Of a stretch of DNA of 64,000 bases, positions 39,001-52,300 are shown piece by piece. The notes below the pieces were generated by a model that did not search any database, was not told the DNA's origin, and worked only from the letters and a program-made list of their open reading frames with translations. The position numbers and the translations under genes are program-made. Origin of the DNA: Mytilus edulis (lineage: Eukaryota); the NCBI RefSeq assembly GCF_963676685.1, contig NC_092357.1:38316001-38380000 (forward strand), read 5' to 3'. Each line of letters begins with the position of its first letter. Positions within the stretch are counted from its first letter, which is position 1.

Positions 39001-41171
39001 AAGTTGATGTAATTTTAACTTCATCAAAAACTACCTTGACCAAAAACTTTAACCTGAACTTCGCACTATCATTTTCTATGTTCAGTGGACCATGAAATTG
39101 GGGTCAAAACTATAATTTGGCATTAAAATTAGAAAGATCATATCATGGGGAACAAGTGTACTAAGTTTCAAGTTGATTGGACTTCAACTTCTTCAAAAAC
39201 TACCTTGACCAAAAACTTTAACCTGAAGCGGACGGACGAACGGAGGCACAGACCAGAAAACATAATGCCCCTCTACTATCGTAAGTGGGGCATAAAAAAT
39301 AAAACTAAAAATCTATGTTGGTTAACTTACCATTTCCCTTAGAACCAAACGCCATATGTGATGGAATCGTCAGTCTTCTTATTTCTCCCACACACATTCC
39401 AGGGATCCCTTTTACCAGCCCCTTCAGGGTCACTCCTTTAGTCAGCATATGTACAACGCCTTTATCTTGAGCATTGTTTCCATTTTCGTACCTGTAAAAA
39501 CGAAAGATATTTTAATCACAGGTACAAGACAAGATTAAGAAAAAAACAAGTGGATATATACTGAATAAAGTAACATGGTCTGCAGCTTGCATATTCAGAA
39601 AAGAAAATATACTGCTGATATACATGTAGTTTCGGTTGAAAATATCCATAAACCGCGGTTTGATGAATCTCCGCACACTTTACATTGTTAAAACAATTGA
39701 TATCTCGTTCCTCTAGAATGAACCAAAAAATTAAAACAAATTAAGGCTTGATTTGACTTATAAGCATATTTTTTAAACATGCAATATGCTTCATTTCGTA
39801 ATTTTATAATTAAGAATTGAAGGCTGCATTTTGTAACTTCATTGGGGTGTAAAAGCGTTGACCGAAGTACATTTTGTATTTCCGCGCTTCATTCTAAAAA
39901 CTGTGCGCACGGTCAACGCTTTTACAACCCTATGAAGTTACAAAAAAAAGCATTCAATACTTATAATTACATTTTTTAGCTATGATCACGGAAACACGAA
40001 TTGTATATTAATTTTTTAATTTAATTCACCTGTGCACTCTATTGTGTGACCACGTGTTATTATGGATGATAACTTTTATTGAGTGATGCAATTGCTGAAG
40101 GAATAACATGTGATGTGCAATTAGCCAATCAGAATAAAGTATTATTATGAAACATACATCTAATTTAATTATTGGTTGTTAATAAAACGTTGATCATGCG
40201 ATGCGTTTCGGTCAACACTTTTACACGAACATAAGGCATTGAATCTCTGAAGTTGAAAATATATAGTTCTCATCCTTGATCAGGATAAATATGACATACA
40301 TTGTATAGTACTTTGGTTATCCACTAAAAACATAACATGACCGCCACGACTGAGATGGCCAATAACGTTGAAAGTGGTCTTAAACACCAAGAAGAGTGGG
40401 CTTTCCTCACAAGAAAACGGTCGTAACTTATACTTAAACGTTTTAGTCAATTTACAAGGAAGCATTTCTAACATCACACTTCACTTCTAACCATCTTTAA
40501 AGGTCTGAATGGGGTCCATCCTTTATTTCCATATTTTAATGTTAACACCGTTTTTCTCTCCTTCAATTTATGTTGCACAATCTTCACTAACCTTTATATA
40601 TCAACTCCGAATTATCTCTGTTCTTTCATTTTGTCCGACATTTACTTCGTCATTTTGTCCCTATTATTCTCTATTCTGTATACCCAGCTAGACCCTCATG
40701 TTAAGAAATCTTCTTTATTTATAATTTTTATACCGTTTTTCTCTCTCTTTCATTTATATTACCCATTCTTCTCATTCTCAATTCTTTATATTTTAGCACA
40801 TCATTGTTCTGTAGTCTTCAATTTTTCGACATTAATATTTTTCGGCACTTTTTTGTCTATAATTCCCTTTTCCGTAAACCCCATCTAGGCCCTATTTTTT
40901 TATGCAAATTTTAAGAAGTCAGAAATACTTACGTGGACTCTATTATTTCTGGATGACCTTCAACTGACAATTTATAATGAAAATGTACGACACTTCCCAA
41001 CTGTGCTGATTTGTCGTCTGCGCATTCAACCTTCTTCAAAGTTTCAATTTTCATTTCTTTACGCTTTGGTTTGTTCTTAGAGCTACCATTTTTACCATCT
41101 TTACTTGCAGCCGAACAAACTACGAAACAGACGATGCAAATAAAAACAAATTTACGAATTTGTTTTAACAT
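36055..41171 (-). CDS. FKBP14: ER-resident FKBP-type PPIase-like protein with two EF-hands (FKBP14/FKBP7 family), 244 aa, 4 exons
   Basis: Exons 41171-40933, 39491-39331, 37522-37395, 36261-36055 join in frame at GT-AG sites. Signal peptide; FKBP motifs GSVVHFHY, GMCVGEIRRLTIPSHMAFG, PPGATVIYEIELL; EF loops DLNEDGVLDVTE and DKNKDGGISTDE; C-terminal KQEL. FKBP14 versus FKBP7 orthology is unresolved. Confidence 0.88.
36332..36685 (+). repeat. Dispersed SINE-like repeat in an FKBP intron
   Basis: Contains GCCTGTCCCAAGTCAGGAGCCT (also ~49107) and the tail GTTGTTGTCTCTTTGACA..CCCCATTT.CATTCTCAATTTTA (also inverted at ~37560 and partial at ~31815). Confidence 0.6.
38450..38618. mobile_element. Short GC-rich MITE
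   Basis: TIRs CAGTGGCGGAT / ATCCGCCACTG flanked by direct repeat TACAAA; related ends at ~37200 and ~54745. Confidence 0.8.
38689..39298 (+). repeat. Helentron-associated cassette with three 169-bp satellite monomers
   Basis: AACAAG 5' end; monomers start 38724, 38893, 39062; GGAC microsatellite; 3' hairpin ATGCCCCTCTAC..GTAAGTGGGGCAT then an A-run. Confidence 0.85.
39806..39968. repeat. Long imperfect palindrome (~65-bp arms)
   Basis: TTTTGTAACTTCATTGGGGTGTAAAAGCGTTGACCG ... CGGTCAACGCTTTTACAACCCTATGAAGTTACAAAA. Confidence 0.85.
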
Positions 41172-41815
41172 TTCGTTACTGTGCGAGGACAAATACTAAA
41201 ATGAGTGAAGTATTCTGTCTATATATTAAATATCAATTCGAAATACATGACTTCCGTATACAGTCCGGCCAACGGTCATGTCAGGACAAATTTGTCCTCC
41301 GGCCAATAGATATCTTGTCTTAAATCGCATGTGGTTATTATACCTCGTGTTATACAAGTAATTCTTACAAGACGACATTTTTTTTTTTATCAAAGTAAAG
41401 CGTTGCAGCATTGTGAAAGCGATATAACATAGTAAAATGAAGGTTACGTAGTACTATGGTATAATCAGGGAATGGATATGGGTCAAATCTACATATCTAG
41501 ACCACAGATATAGAGAATCAAAAAACCGGGTGCTAGAATATGAAGAATAGTAGATATTGGGCACATAATATAAAAGAATATTGAAAAATTACCATAGTTT
41601 TTGTCTAACATATAAAACAGGGTTTACAATTAGTGCAATAACTCTTGTTAGGAGTCAACTGACGATTTATGCAAATTTTTAAGTCTTGTCTTGGCAATTT
41701 ATGTGTGTAGTCTATCTTGATAAATAACAAAAAGACGTAGTTTGTTTGCCAATGATAGAAGTAAACACCAATTTTAAAAAAATGGATAGCTGTTGTTTTG
41801 ATTTAATATGCAAAA

Positions 41816-42293
41816 ACAATCGTAAGGTTTCCGCGGAACCAGGAGCATCGCCTACTTTTGCTGTTAATCGCAGGCTCAACAAAAATGTGGAAAAAAATTA
41901 ATAAAAATATTCCTCTCTATACTATCTTGATTGTAAAAAGCGTCTGTCTAAATTTGGTAAAAATCCTGGATAATTTATGAATATAATAAATGTTTTAAAA
42001 ACTATGACTGCAGACTAAATGTAATGTTTACTGGAAGAAAAACTAAGGCCATTTATAAGTAAAATACGGAAAAACAGGATTTTATTTTTACAAAATTTGG
42101 ATATTATCTTATGTTCATAAAGAAGCTTCTGTCCAAGTTCGGTAGAAATCTGGGATAGTTTAAGAAAGTTATTAAAATTTGAAAAACTTTAACCACAGAG
42201 TGAATATTTGTGGACGCCGATGCCGAAGACGCTGACGAAATGAAGGATCGCTATGTCTAGCTTTTTTCGACAAAAGTCAATGGCTCGACAAAA
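41816..42293 (+). repeat. Helentron-like non-autonomous element
   Basis: AACAA start, degenerate internal repeats (CTGTC.AA.TT.GGTA.AAATC at ~41945 and ~42130), GACGCC microsatellite, 3' hairpin TGTCTAGC..TCGAC AAAA GTCAA..GCTCGACA and A-run. Confidence 0.55.
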
Positions 42294-43181
42294 GGGGAAA
42301 TACGTCATCCAAGGGCATCAACTCCTATTAAAATGACGTTTTTTTTTATTTCTGGCCATGTTGCAGATTGTTTTCTTCTGATCATATTTACTGCTTGAAA
42401 TTTTTGTCTACGCAAGTTTTGGCAATTTTTTTTTATTTTAAAGTTTTTGACTACTAGTATTTGTTAAATAATATGTAAAAGTAGGGTACAAATCATCACC
42501 AAATGACAATATCTTCTATATGAAGTCGACTAAAATTTCTGGCCATGTTCATATTTTTACAGATCTTGTTCTTTCTAACTTTTATTGTTTGTAACTTGTC
42601 TTCATCTATTGTATAGTTACTTAGTTTTGGACTAAATGAAAACATGGGTAAAATCATGAGTTAGGGGAAATAAATCTAATAAGGAGTCAACAATTTGTAG
42701 ATCTTGTGCTGTTGATTATTTTTGCTATTCAAGTTCTTCTTTATCTATTATAAACAGCTTTCTAGATGAGAAGCAAACACACAAAAGATTGGCAAAAATC
42801 AACACTTAGGGGAAGTAACTCTAATCCTTATAGTTGACAACAGGTTTTCATTATCTATAATATTTGTAGATCTTGTTGTTGCTGATTGTGTTTTGTATTT
42901 TATAATTCTCTCAGTGTATTCAAGATAATAGACAAATATTAAAAAAAAGGTAGAGAGTAAATACTGATAGCTCTCTGGCCATGTCAAATTTTTATTTGTG
43001 GGGTACTGGTTTCATTCTATTTATTTTTTTAGCAATGTTGATAGACAGACAGTATCTCTATACACATTTGGTTAAATTTAGTTTCAGAGGATAACAACAA
43101 ACTATGAACATCATTCATGTACCAACAATGTGGTGTTTACTCTTATTGTCTGAATTACTGTATATTCCATTATGTTCCTTG

Positions 43182-44717
43182 CAGCGATGGGGTAATCGTA
43201 ATCTGTAATCGTAATCGATTGTAATTGATTACATTTTTTCAAGTAATCGACAGTAATCTGTAATCGAAGACATTTTCGATTACATGTAATCATAATTTAA
43301 TCAATTACAGTAAATATTTGGATGTAATCATCGATTACTTTTCGATTACATTTCGATTACTTTAGTAAAATAGTTTGATGAAAAATAACCTATTTCAGAG
43401 GAAAATATGTATGTTATCACTTTGCAGTACAGATAAAATATTATGCATCAACAATACTTGAGAGTTAAGCAACTGCCTTATTTCTATCTATTGTCTGAAG
43501 CTGCATTATGAGCAACCAGATCCCTACCTAATTTTACTTCATATCTAGCTTTTGAAACAAATGGATGTATGTGCTTGTCAATAATTCAAGAGCTCTAATA
43601 TTAAAACAAGAAAATCGATCTTAAATAAGAAATGTGTCTGGCTTTTGTTAAGTTCTGTACTACATTTTTTAAAAGTAGTAAGCTTATTTATATTAAATTT
43701 CCTGAAAACATAATTTTTAATCAGAGTTGAAATTAAAGCTTAGAATAGATAAACAGTTGATTTCTTAAATGTTATGATATACATGTATATAAATTAAATT
43801 AAAAAAAACACAAAATCCTTTTAACAATGAACCAATGGCAATGCATAGCAATTCTTTTTAGAAATAGATGTATCCCTTTGACACTATAAATATATTTTGT
43901 ATATAATTTGATTGAAGAAGTTAACAAATCTTAACAACATTCTTGCCTTTACTAATGAGATGATCAAAGTCTCCCTACTTTGTTTTTTTTTCAATTATCT
44001 TATGTCTAATTAAGAAGGAAATTTACAATATTTAGACCCAGGTTATAAATTGTACTCCAGTGGCAGTTAAATAATCTGTAATTAGGGTGGTTATCCAAAC
44101 AAAAGGTTTAAATCATGCATGTCATTATAAAAATAAATTTTGATCTTAAAAATTAGCTGAACTAATTAATTATTCTACTTTTTTTATATTTCCTTAAACA
44201 TTATAATTAACTATGCTAAAATATTTTATTTTAAAGGGTAAAAACAAAAAAGCTAACCTAAGTCAGTAAGAAAGCTAAATTTTTGAAAAACAATTAGTTA
44301 TGAATAAGTGAGTATTGCAATGCGATGACATCTTTCATTTATGTTGAAAATCAAAATTTCAAGATTTTTTTTAAATATTTCTAATCTTCATCAAGAGATT
44401 TGATCTAAAAAAAAACAGTTATTAACTTATAATTTAGAAACAATGCTTTGAATGATGCATTTGGTAAAGATCTTAATTTCCACTATACAAATGTTGAGCA
44501 ATATAATTGTGTTTTACTCCTGTTATTTTTTGTTGAAATGTTGAAGTATGTAATTGACAGTAATCGAAAAGTAATGTAATTACTTTTGATAAAGTAATCG
44601 ATTGTAGTCGATTACATACTAAAATTTGAGTAATCGATTATTAATCGATTGCACAAAAATCCTTCATGTAATCGATTATTAATCGATTACATTTGTCAGT
44701 AATCGTGCCCTTCCCTG
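43182..44717. mobile_element. Non-autonomous hAT-type element with 8-bp target duplication
   Basis: Perfect TSD GTTCCTTG at 43174-43181 and 44718-44725; TIRs CAGCGATGGG / CCCTTCCCTG; dense GTAATCGATTAC subterminal repeats at both ends. Confidence 0.9.
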
Positions 44718-46318
44718 GTTCCTTGGTGCCAATTTTAAGTAGCATGAGTTATCAATTGAATTCCATTGATACATTTTTACATACTTTATTTCATGGTTTT
44801 AACCAATTCTGCATACAAGACAATAGAAAAAAAATCTGTAGTGAAACACTTTGATTCAAGGTTCACAAACACCAATGAATTAACTGAAAATTCAGTACCC
44901 CACTACTAATAATCATACTACTGATGTGAAATTTTCTTGAGATATATTCTCATTTGAACTCTGGCTGAGGTTGTTAGTTCTCTTTAGTACTCCATCCTCA
45001 ACCCCTAATAAATAAATACATATGTCTCAAGTCAGGAAACTATTTCTTGTTTCTTTTTTTTTGTTATATAGAATAGACTGTTGGTTTATTTGTTTGAATG
45101 GTTTTACACATATTTTGGGCCCTTTATAGCTTGCTGTTAGGTGTAAGATAAGGCTCTGTATTGAAGGCCTTACTTTGACTTATAATGATTTACTTTTACA
45201 AATTGTGACTTTTATTGAGAGTTGTCTCATTGGCACTCATACCACATATTCTTATATCTATCTATAAAAGTTACAACTGAAAGGCCCTATATCAATCAAA
45301 TAGATATTAAACATTTTTATCATTCTCTCTTTATTATATCTACATTCAAAATTGCACAACAACTTCAAATGCAAAAATAATTATGTAGTACATAAACTCT
45401 TTTGAAAAAAATATATATTTTAACAAATGTAAAGAAAATTCAACAACAGTAATTTTCTTATAATATAAAAGTATAATGTTATGAAAAGTCAAAAAATAAA
45501 ATAATACTTTCTTTTGACAATAATCTGACCTCTAACAGAAATAAACATACAAGACATATACATAATGTATACTAAATGAAGGTAGCCAATGTATATTAAT
45601 GCATGGACAATTTTCAACTTGAATTATCTCCCCTATACCACAATTTTTCAACTTGAATTATCTCCCATTTACAAAATTGATCTCAATTAAAAATAAAGTC
45701 TTGCTAGTGTACTGTAAATCTCGATGAAAAGATATATTGCTGATTAGCTTAGAGTGATGAATTTGTTTTAATCTTGGCAAGATCAAAGATTTCAAATTCT
45801 AAAAATTAAATTAAGTTATCATTTGACTATAAAAATAAACCTTCTAAAATGATGCAATAAAAAAAAGTAACAATAGTTTTAAAATCATTGGAAACAAGGC
45901 ATTTGTTAAAACTAGTTATTTTATTACTGATGGAATTTTTTTTTATACAATCTGCCATAACAACTTCAAAAACAAAATGAAAATAATTAACAACAAAATA
46001 ACTGACCCCTAAATAAAGATGTTTTCATTTAAATCATTACATAATTGCACTGAGTGGTAAGCTATACATAAGTCCCTTAAAATAAACCATATTTTATTTT
46101 TTCCCAAACTGCAAACCATTCACAATTTGCTCATGATGAAAAAATATCTCTGATTGATAATACTTAAGCTTGTTAATTGTTTCTGTGGTATATAAATTTA
46201 TAGGCAATACAAATATTTCAAAGCTTGTCCAATTGGATATCTTATTTTTCAGTAATTGTTATTTTCAATGGCCTGCCATTGTCTGTCTGTGGGGATGAAA
46301 TGCCATTGCCTGCCCATG

Positions 46319-49300
46319 TTAATGGCTGGCTACTGCTGGTCTGTTTGAATTTGAGGTTACTAGTGGATTGTGAGAATCTATCTTGGAACCAACATTCTTA
46401 AATCTGAAAAATAATTATTATATTGTAAATCTTTGTTAAATTCTAAATTATGAACCCTTGATAATTACTAATTTAGAATTTAAGGTTTCTTGATGAGCAA
46501 CATTAGTTCAACAGAAATCATGCAGCGAGCTGCATTACAGTAAAAAAGTTGCATTATCTTGTAAATCTGATGTAAAATCTGAAATATAAATGTAACATCT
46601 CTTGCATGGAAAGTCAATTTAAAACATCATTACCCATTTATTAATAAATCTTTCAAGCTGTTTAAAGTTAAAATAATTTTGTACAAATTTAAAATACATA
46701 GAACTATCACTTATTTCTATCTTTTTTCGTTCCTTTCATTTGCTTAATATCTGGTTATTGACCTACATTTAATAATTCATTTCATTATGGTACAGGTCAG
46801 AACTATGGATGTCTTCTTGGTTATTTTGTGTAATTTAGTCGAGTTTTATCAATGCCTTCTCAAAAGTTTCACTATAATCATAATTAAGAATCATACCTTG
46901 TTAATTTAAACAATTCTTTTTCTTGATTCACTGCTTTGTCTGTAGTTGGTGATTTATACGATCTTGTCTCATATACTTTTCTTCCTTTTCTGTAAAAAGC
47001 AACAATAATATATTTTCATGTGTAAAGCTCCGGGAATTTAGTTTCTAAAGATACAAATTAATTCATTTTAACTAGCAACCTCCTTCAATGCACATTTTAA
47101 AATAAACATGTAAATATTTGTTTTACACCACATGTTCAATGTTACACTGAAATTAATTGTGTAAAATCTGTAGAATTGTTGAAAATGTTTTCAGTGTATG
47201 ATTTAAACTCTTTAATATTCAGCTATTAGTAGAATTTGACTACATTTTGATTTTGATAGTGTGAGTAAAACAAATGCATTTTATACTTCCTCATTTCCAT
47301 TCTCAATTTTACATTTTATACTTTCAATTCAGAAATTCATCTATGTATTTAGTACACCGTATTGCGAATTCTAATGCAACAACCTTTGTAACGTTCATTT
47401 TGATTGGATAACGTCACTTATTTACAAGGCATCAATTGACAATTGATGCTATGGAACGTACGCGCAAGCGGAGATGGCATATGACAGATTTTAAATACAT
47501 GTTTTAACGTTGTTTACTGTCAGTTTCATTAGAATGGAGATAACGCGTCGCCAGTAAACTTAATTTGCGACCGTCAAATCTCCAATTGATGCCGTCGAAT
47601 CTTAAAATACAATACAGTTATCTCCTAATTCTAAGACTGCAGATATTCTTAGAAGGAAAATTACTCCTGAACTTACAAAAATGTAAAACTTCCTAATACC
47701 TAATGTGATATTGTCTTATTTTTGAAATTTATAAAAACATTGCAATATTTTCTGAATACAGTTAACTCTCGTTGTCTCGAACTCGGTTGACTCGAAATTT
47801 CGGATGAGTCGAAGTTTTCACGTGGTCCCGAACTTTATTCCATACACAAGTATGTAATTCGACTCCTGATGAGTCGAAATTGGATGAGTCGAAATTTCGG
47901 TTGAGTCGAACTAAATTTACGGTCCCAAGGTTAACAAAAGCATTCAAAATTCATTTTTTATCTTGAACTAATACACATATGTCAAAACAGGACCTCCGGG
48001 ATTTAAATGGATTGAATAGTTAATCTGACAATACACGTGTAATTAAATTTCCGGTCACTGACCACTGTATTGATTTATGACATGCTATTTCCATGAGTGT
48101 TTACCTAAGATTATCTTTTATAGAATTTTGACAAATAATTAGTGATACATTGTTAATGTTCATGAAAAAGTATTTAAAATGTTTACAAAACAATTAATTT
48201 GTGATTTACACTAATGAGCTTGGGTGTGTATAAAGTGAGGATTGTGGCTTCCGTTGATGATCACCTAAAAACTACTCAAACGGCGTCTTTAATCTTGTTA
48301 TATTTTCTTTTGAAAAGAAAGAGTGAGATAAAACATAATGAATAGAAATTCAAATTTTCTTAAATCTCTTGTATCCGAGAATAAACAATTTTGGCAGCTA
48401 TAACCGACCTGAATAACGAAACTATCAATTGGAAATTACTCTTTTGGAAAAGCCATAGGATTTGTTTTTAATTGAAAGAATTGAATAAATAAAAATAATG
48501 TCATCATAATAATAAAAGACTGTGACATACAAATACATCGATCTGATACTAGAATATCGATCCCCTTGCCATATTCACCCGGATTTATTTTAGCTTTACC
48601 AAGCTAAACAAGAGTTGTGTCCCTTAGATTGTCGAACTTCCGGTGTTCGTTTAAGTCGAACTACGTGTATCTCGAAATATTTCTCTGGTCCGGCTGACTT
48701 CGACATAGCGAGAGTTGACTGTACATGTAGTTCAGGGAAATTGCGCTCTACTGGAATTAGGTTTGTTGAACGTTGGTTTTATGTAATGCTGTTATATTAT
48801 ACTTACTCTTGGACATATTGGGGTCTTGCTGGTTTGCCAAAGGTTGATCTGTATTCTGATGCCCCTTGTTCTTTTTCCTGTTCATTTAACATGGCTTTAT
48901 GTTGTGCTCTCAGTTTATCTTGTTTGAATTGCCATTTGTTGATATCGTCATGCCATTTTTTCTCATATTCATATCCTAGGATCTTTGACATAGATGATTT
49001 GCCATTTCCATTTGTATCACCCTCAGGTCTGTAAATAAATATCATTTTTTTTAGTTTTATAAGACAATGAGATGTGGTATGGTTACGCCACATTATTTAT
49101 GTATGTGCCTGTCCCAAGTCAGGAGCCTGTAATTCAGTGGTTGTCGTTTGTTTATGTGTTACATATTTGTTTTTCATTCATTTTTTTTTTTACATAAATA
49201 AGGCTGTTAGTTTTCTCATTTGAATTGTTTTACATTGTCTTATCGGGGCCTTTTATAGCTGACTATGCGGTATGTGCTTTGCTCATTGTTGAAGGCCGTA

Positions 49301-52300
49301 TGATGACCTATAGTTGTTAATGTCTGTGTCATTTTGGTGTTTTGTGGATAGATACAAGTCTCATTGGCAATCATACCACATCTTCTTTTTTATATTTCCA
49401 ATATGACAACTATCCTGCAGAGATCTAATGAAACAGATTTAAGCATCTATATATTTTAATTCATGTTAGGGTAGCATTGTTTCTGAAGATTCTAAGTCAT
49501 TTTGAAAATGAAAACAAACAGTTTTGAAACACAAAATCAATTCACGATAACATATTTTACATATTTTACAAAAATTGCTGACAGAGAGACAGCCAAAGTT
49601 AAAACTATAGGGTTTCTGAATCATTCATCCCATATTAAACATTGTAAAATATATATTTTCAGAATTTGTAACAGAGATATAACAAAAAATATCAGCTACT
49701 TGACACAAAATATATATCTTTCTCTTGCAAACAAAATTTTATATTGATAATCAAAAATCTATGATATTTTATTCCAATATCAATATATTAAAAAATCTGA
49801 GACAAGCTGTAGGTACTTTTTTAAATAAAAAATTAGAAATGCTGTTTTTGTTACATTTCCAGTCTGGTTCTGACAAATAATGCTAAAATAGCAAATCAGT
49901 TGTTGCAAAGGAGAAAATCTGTTAAAAAGAAATGCTTTACAATATAAAACACTTTCTGTAATAAAATTCTCAGAATGAAACCAAGTTTAGACAATGTGGA
50001 AGACACTGAACTCTAATTTCTGTATATATTTCAAGAAGGTTTTAGTAATAATGAATATCCAAAAAAAAAAATCTAAATTTATGCTTACAATGGTAAATAT
50101 TTAAGATGAGGTCGTTCCAGTTCTAACTGGGACTGTTTAGCTATTGTTGATGGTTTAGTCCTTTCTTGTGGTCTTGGCTTTGTCTTCAATGGCTTAGCAC
50201 TACGAACACCAAAACCAGGTTTTTTAACTTCTGGTAATTTAACTGTCTTATCCGTAACTGTGTCTCCATCCCTCTCAAATGCTGATAACCTATCGAAGGA
50301 GAAGGGTTGTCTTCTTGGTCTCTCATAGCAGTCTGTTTCAGGTTTCCATTCCTCATGAACCATATATTCAGGAACCATGTATTGATATTCAATGTCATGA
50401 TTGATTCTATAAAAGAAAAGAAAAAATAACAAACAGGAAACTAACTAAAGTTACTAAACACAAGGAAATTTGTAGCTCTATATGCTTTGGTGTTTTGTGG
50501 ACTTGAATTTTGTCTGTTTGATGCTATTCGTTTTTGCCATGACATTGTCAGTTTCTTTTTATCTTAAAAGTTTTGAATGCCCTATGGTATCAATTGACCT
50601 TTTTATGTTTTTTGGTAACAGCAAAATCAATCCAACAGCCTTTCTAAATGACATGCATCATTAGAGAACTTGTTCATGTACGTTAGCTACCAAAGACAGT
50701 TTAATATTTTTTAAAGATCTCTTACTGTTCAGTCCTTTTCAATTCAGCATCCTCCAGGGCATTATCCTCAAGATAAAACCATTCAGGCCTGGGATAACCT
50801 TTTGGTGCCCTTTCACGCATGTTTGGATTTTCTTTGAACTGTAACAGATCTACAATTCACAAAAACAATCAATTAAATTAATGAATTAGACAATACTCAT
50901 CAAAACACTCAACTTTGTATTAACATAATACTCCAAATTGACAACAACACTTCAAATGGTCTGCAATTTTATTTGCTATGGTCTACATGTTTCGCCTGCA
51001 CGGCAGGCTTCATCAGAACAATTTTTATACAGAAAATAATCCCTGAAGTACTCAAAGTGGTGCATTGAATTTGACGTCGTCATGGTGAGAGAAACAATGA
51101 AAAGTGAAAGTAGCAATGCAGAGTTATAAATAGATAAGATAAATATAGAAAATTAAAGTTTGTTTACAATGTAACTTGAGTTTGTTTTACTATTATCTGA
51201 TACATGAAATTGTTCCTTAGGCTTGGTATCTAATTGGAGTATTATTTTAATGCTGCATTCATTTGCATAATTTGACAACCTTACATACCAAGGTATCCAC
51301 TTCAGGGACTCTATCGAAATGATTCACACAGGCGTTAGTTCACCGAATGGAATTTAATTTTTTATTAACATGATTAATCATCATATAATTTATTAAAAAG
51401 AAAGTAATGATATAAACAAATTTTCTGTGGTTTTCTTATAATAAAGATAGACAGACAACATCATGGAGAAAGAAGAAGATGAAAAGACAACATTAAACCC
51501 AAAACTTAAGACTAAATTAATATAATTGTTCACTTAATATAGCTACACTTTTAATTTAAATATCAAGCCTAAATCAAAAGACAACCGTATAATTATAGGT
51601 CTATATATAAATTAGAATAGAAATATTATAACTAGATTGACTTACTTTGTCGACCACCTTGTTTGGCCAGTCTGATATATTTAGAATCTGTTTCACGAAA
51701 CAATGGTTTAATTGGATCATCCTGGTATTGTCCCTCTATTTCAGCATTCAGTCCTGGGATCTGTGAGGTTGCTGGTAATGGCACAGGCTCAGATGGTACC
51801 TTTGGTTTAGCAGGGGCATGGTAGAACCAACCTTAAAAGATACAAATTACAGTTGTTTTCAAAAAGAGTTTAAACATTAGACCGTTGGTTTTCCTGTTTG
51901 AATGGTTTTATACTAGTAATTTTGGGGCCCTTTATAGCTTGTTGTTCAGTGTGAGCTAAGGCTTTGTGTTGAAGGCCGTACATTGACCCATAATGGTTTA
52001 CTTTTTTAAATTGTTATTTGGATGGAGAGTTGTCTCATTGAATTGGCACTCACACCACATCTTCTTATATCTATTAAGTGGGTCTCATTGGGGTCTAAGC
52101 GTGACACGGGATTGAAGATTTTTTGTAAGCGTGACACGTGAAAGCCAAATTATTGTCATGAAAACGGGAAATGAGGTCTAGCGGGACCCGGGAAATGACA
52201 AAAAAATGAGAATTGCTTACGTACATAGTGTAAGCGGGATACAGGAATCTGATAAAACAGTTAGCGGGATCCGATCAGAACCCCCAATGAGACTCCCTTT

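Noticed and set aside
43182-43350. GTAATC(GATT) repeats as a CRISPR-like array
   Set aside because: Irregular short subterminal repeats of a TSD-flanked hAT element in eukaryotic DNA; no constant repeat-spacer pattern.
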